From: Pelagomonas calceolata
Taxonomy: Eukaryota
Direction of reading: 5' to 3'
Length of the DNA: 64,000 nt
NCBI GenBank assembly: GCA_918797485.1
Contig: CAKKNE010000001.1
Location: 4,092,001-4,156,000 of the forward strand
Notes under the pieces: model-generated
Databases searched by the model: none
Told to the model about the DNA's origin: nothing
What the model saw: only the letters and a program-made list of their open reading frames with translations
Shown here: positions 61,317-64,000 of the stretch, in pieces
How positions within the stretch are numbered: the stretch's first letter is position 1
How the letters are laid out: each line of letters opens with the position of its first letter
Program-made: the position numbers and the translations under genes

Positions 61317-62345
61317 ATGTCGCTCTTCTTTCCACCCAATCGGGGGCAAGGGCTTAACCCCTGGGGTTTGTTCGTACCACCCCTGTCGGCGGGCCGGGGT
61401 TACGGGCCGGGCTCAACCGCGGAGGACGCACCACCACCCTGTCGCACCGCGGGCTGCCGCTGGCACGGGCACCCGGAATTCGGCGGCCTATGCTCGACCT
61501 GCGGGGAGGGCTGGACCCCTCAACGCCTCGAACAGCTGCGTTTGCTGGCAAAGGAGGCAGAGGAGGAGACGCGCGCCCGCGACTTCGAGGACTGGGACGA
61601 GCCCGGCGTGACGTTTTCGCCGCAGGAATACGATTGGCTGCGGCGCGGCGTCGAGCGCTGGGCCGCCGACCGTGTTCCCGATTCATTCGGCGCGATGACC
61701 TTCGTTTCCAAGCTGCTCCTCGAGTCTCATCGGCTCCTCACGCCGGAGCAGGCGCGGGGGCTCTGGCGGGCCGTGGAGCCGGTGGTGCTCGACGTCCATG
61801 ATCAGATCGCCGGCGAGGCGCGATCGAAATTCGTCGTGCTCCTGGCGAGCTTCCTGCGCTCCCCGGAACGCTGGTGCCGCATCCCGCCTCACGTGCGCGA
61901 GGAGTTCTGGCCCGACGAAGCTAAGCACGGGGGAACTTGCACTTGGAGCGTGTGCGCTCCGTACACATCGGGTAGCGGGGGATTTCCCTACAACGAGATT
62001 CTGCGGATGCGCCTTCCGCTTTTCCGGGAGTCGAAGCTAATGGCCGCGGCATGCCTCCGGAGGACGACCCTTCCTGAGTCCGTTAAACGCCGCATCAGAA
62101 ATGCAAGAGGGCGCCCGGGCCCGGACATTCCGCCCCTCCTCGTCAAGCGCATATTTCTCTGGTGTGCGCCGGGCTGGTTTGCGCCCACTCAAGCGCGTCC
62201 GGAATATAGCCGTTGGATGTTTGCGCCCAATCAAGTGCGTCCCGAAGCTAGCCGTTGGATGGTGTGCAATGCGTTTCGGTCAAGTGGCGACGACGAGTCT
62301 GGGGAGTGGTTCAACTTTCTGGAACACATGCGACGCCGCTCGTGA
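61317..62345 (+). CDS. Hypothetical protein with A20-type zinc finger
   Basis: CRTAGCRWHGHPEFGGLCSTC matches C-x4-C-x11-C-x2-C. Confidence 0.6.
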   Translation: MSLFFPPNRGQGLNPWGLFVPPLSAGRGYGPGSTAEDAPPPCRTAGCRWHGHPEFGGLCSTCGEGWTPQRLEQLRLLAKEAEEETRARDFEDWDEPGVTFSPQEYDWLRRGVERWAADRVPDSFGAMTFVSKLLLESHRLLTPEQARGLWRAVEPVVLDVHDQIAGEARSKFVVLLASFLRSPERWCRIPPHVREEFWPDEAKHGGTCTWSVCAPYTSGSGGFPYNEILRMRLPLFRESKLMAAACLRRTTLPESVKRRIRNARGRPGPDIPPLLVKRIFLWCAPGWFAPTQARPEYSRWMFAPNQVRPEASRWMVCNAFRSSGDDESGEWFNFLEHMRRRS

Positions 62346-62423
62346 CATGGGAGAAACCGGACTCACCGGGAGGACGACTAGCCTAAGACATTTACACACT
62401 ATCCTTGGTTCGGCGCGGAACAG

Positions 62424-62921
62424 TCAGGACGCGCTCCGCAGCCTCAACCCCGCGTAGTAGCGGTCGTATTCCGAGGGCGAGACGTGCAGCGAGAAGTTCA
62501 GCGAGAAGAGGAACTCCACCTCGAGTCGATTCAGCTCCTCCAAGGGAATACCGCCGAGCTGCGCGTAGAAGCTGTTCGGATAAAATGAATCGTCCAGAAA
62601 CTTCGACGCGACGCAGACCGCCGTGATTAATAAACGGTGCACATTCAATGGAGACAGCCGCATGCCCAGCCGGTCGATGTAGACCATGCTCAAGACGAAG
62701 CACCCGGGGGAGCAATCCGCGTACTGGCCTATTCTCTCTAAGTAACTTCGCACAGATATTGCTGGAGGTGTGAGCGCGCAGAACTTCGTGACGTTGTCCC
62801 TCGCGTCCTCGTCGATCAACTTGGATACGACCGTCGCCATGACTATGACCATTTCCGACGACGGCAGCGGCGGGCTCGCCGCGTCGTCGAGCGGCTGCAC
62901 CTGGAGGAACATGGAGGGCAT
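62424..62921 (-). CDS. PHO80/cyclin-U (P-type) cyclin
   Basis: PPAISVRSYLERI, YIDRL, NVHRLLITAVCVASKFLDD.FY.N..YAQLGGI...ELNRLEVEFL. Confidence 0.92.
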   Translation of the reverse strand: MPSMFLQVQPLDDAASPPLPSSEMVIVMATVVSKLIDEDARDNVTKFCALTPPAISVRSYLERIGQYADCSPGCFVLSMVYIDRLGMRLSPLNVHRLLITAVCVASKFLDDSFYPNSFYAQLGGIPLEELNRLEVEFLFSLNFSLHVSPSEYDRYYAGLRLRSAS

Positions 62922-63347
62922 CGCTACCGCACCGGCATGGTATCCGCCCGCATGCGTGCCTCGACCAGTTTAGCGCGTGCTGTGGCTCTAATCGGTGGTT
63001 CAGGCACTGACAGCTCTGGATGGGGCTGTGCAAACGCAGCGCGCCACAGCGCTCTCGAGGCAATGATGTGGACCAGTAGGCGACAACAATGTGCGTTCAC
63101 ACTATCGAAAACACCGGGAACGGCGGCTTGCACCTGTTGTTTGCAGTCGACAAACTAGTGTGTCACTACGCAAAGCACGGCCGAATTTTTGCACAGGCTA
63201 ATTTGGAAGCGCTGGCCGTTACTCGTGCGTGCGACGGCCTTAAGAGTCGTCGCCTTGCAGGGCCAGATACGACGAGGGCAAAAAACGCGGCTTCGCTGCA
63301 AGCCAGGGCTGCACAGCTGCCTCGCCGCCACCGCTGCGCAGACAACC

Positions 63348-64000
63348 ATGACCAAACAAAAGAAAAAGAGCAAACAAAAGAAGAAAGAAAACAACGGCGA
63401 CGCCGAAGCGCTCGCGAAACAAATCCAACAAACCACCTTAGACGAGACGCGGCGACGGCGCGAGGCCGAGCGCTCGCGGGAATTGTCCAGAGAACTCTGC
63501 GCGTCGCGCCACGATGGGGTGGAATGGTGCGAGTACGAGGGCGAAGTGAACTTGCCCGAGGTCATGCGTTTGGTCGACGATGATTTAAGCGAGCCCTACT
63601 CGATTTTTACGTACCGCTACTTCGTGAAAAATTGGCCTAGTTTATGTTTGTTGGCGAAGATCGAGGGCGAGACGGTAGCTTGTGTGGTCTCAAAAGCCGA
63701 GGTCGAGAATTCGCAGCTCGTGGCGGGCGAGACGTGTTATAGAGGTTATATCGCGATGCTCGCCGTGAACAATACATATAGGAGATCAGGTATTGGTACC
63801 GCTCTAGTCTGTCGCTCGATCGAAAGGATGCGCGCCATGGGCTGCGCGGAAGTCATCCTCGAGACGGAGACGACGAACACGATCGCACTTTCTTTATATG
63901 AGAAATTGGGCTTCGCGCGCGACGAGCGGCTGTTCAAATATTATTTGAATGGTGCCGACGCCTTTAGATTGTGTTTGCCGCTGGCGCGCGAGGACTTTGT
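63348..64000 (+). CDS. NAA30: N-alpha-acetyltransferase 30 (NatC catalytic subunit, MAK3); runs off the window end
   Basis: Hand translation: DLSEPYSIFTYRYF..NWP, RGYIAMLAV, RRSGIGTALV, EVILETETTN..ALSLYEKLGF.RD.RLFKYYLNGADAFRL. Confidence 0.93.
   Translation, partial: MTKQKKKSKQKKKENNGDAEALAKQIQQTTLDETRRRREAERSRELSRELCASRHDGVEWCEYEGEVNLPEVMRLVDDDLSEPYSIFTYRYFVKNWPSLCLLAKIEGETVACVVSKAEVENSQLVAGETCYRGYIAMLAVNNTYRRSGIGTALVCRSIERMRAMGCAEVILETETTNTIALSLYEKLGFARDERLFKYYLNGADAFRLCLPLAREDF

Overview
Gene-dense, GC-rich eukaryotic nuclear DNA with about 38 compact protein-coding genes, few introns and short intergenic spacers. Bipartite signal+transit peptides, flagellar genes and transposon-like introns with 8-bp target duplications point to a photosynthetic stramenopile, most likely a pelagophyte (inference). 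Recognisable genes: SYF1/XAB2, TARBP1/Trm3, GNL3/Nug1, IWS1, ALG14, DYNC2LI1, HrpB, TMEM184, RSPH9, NMT, a BEACH protein, dynein LC8, TAF6, LEO1, a PHO80-type cyclin and NAA30. The most notable structures: (1) a chain of two paralogous transmembrane micropeptide ORFs and a downstream secreted-protein ORF joined by two UGAUG stop-start overlaps (555->415->314, minus strand); (2) a family of introner elements with terminal inverted repeats and 8-bp TSDs that splice out precisely, in both orientations, plus shrunken derivatives; (3) an orientation-independent CTAG-N11-14-CTAG motif (three identical 23-mers GCTAGCGGCATGTAAGACACTAG) in about 10 promoter-side spacers; (4) a second motif, ACGCCRTCGACGCG, shared by introner cores and gene 3' flanks; (5) unusual proteins, including a cysteine-free ferredoxin, a plastid pseudokinase, a USP8/AMSH-like N-terminus fused to a candidate Cys-His-Asp peptidase, and a duplicated membrane-protein module. 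No rRNA, tRNA or CRISPR array was recognised. All calls are by eye; no database searches were run.
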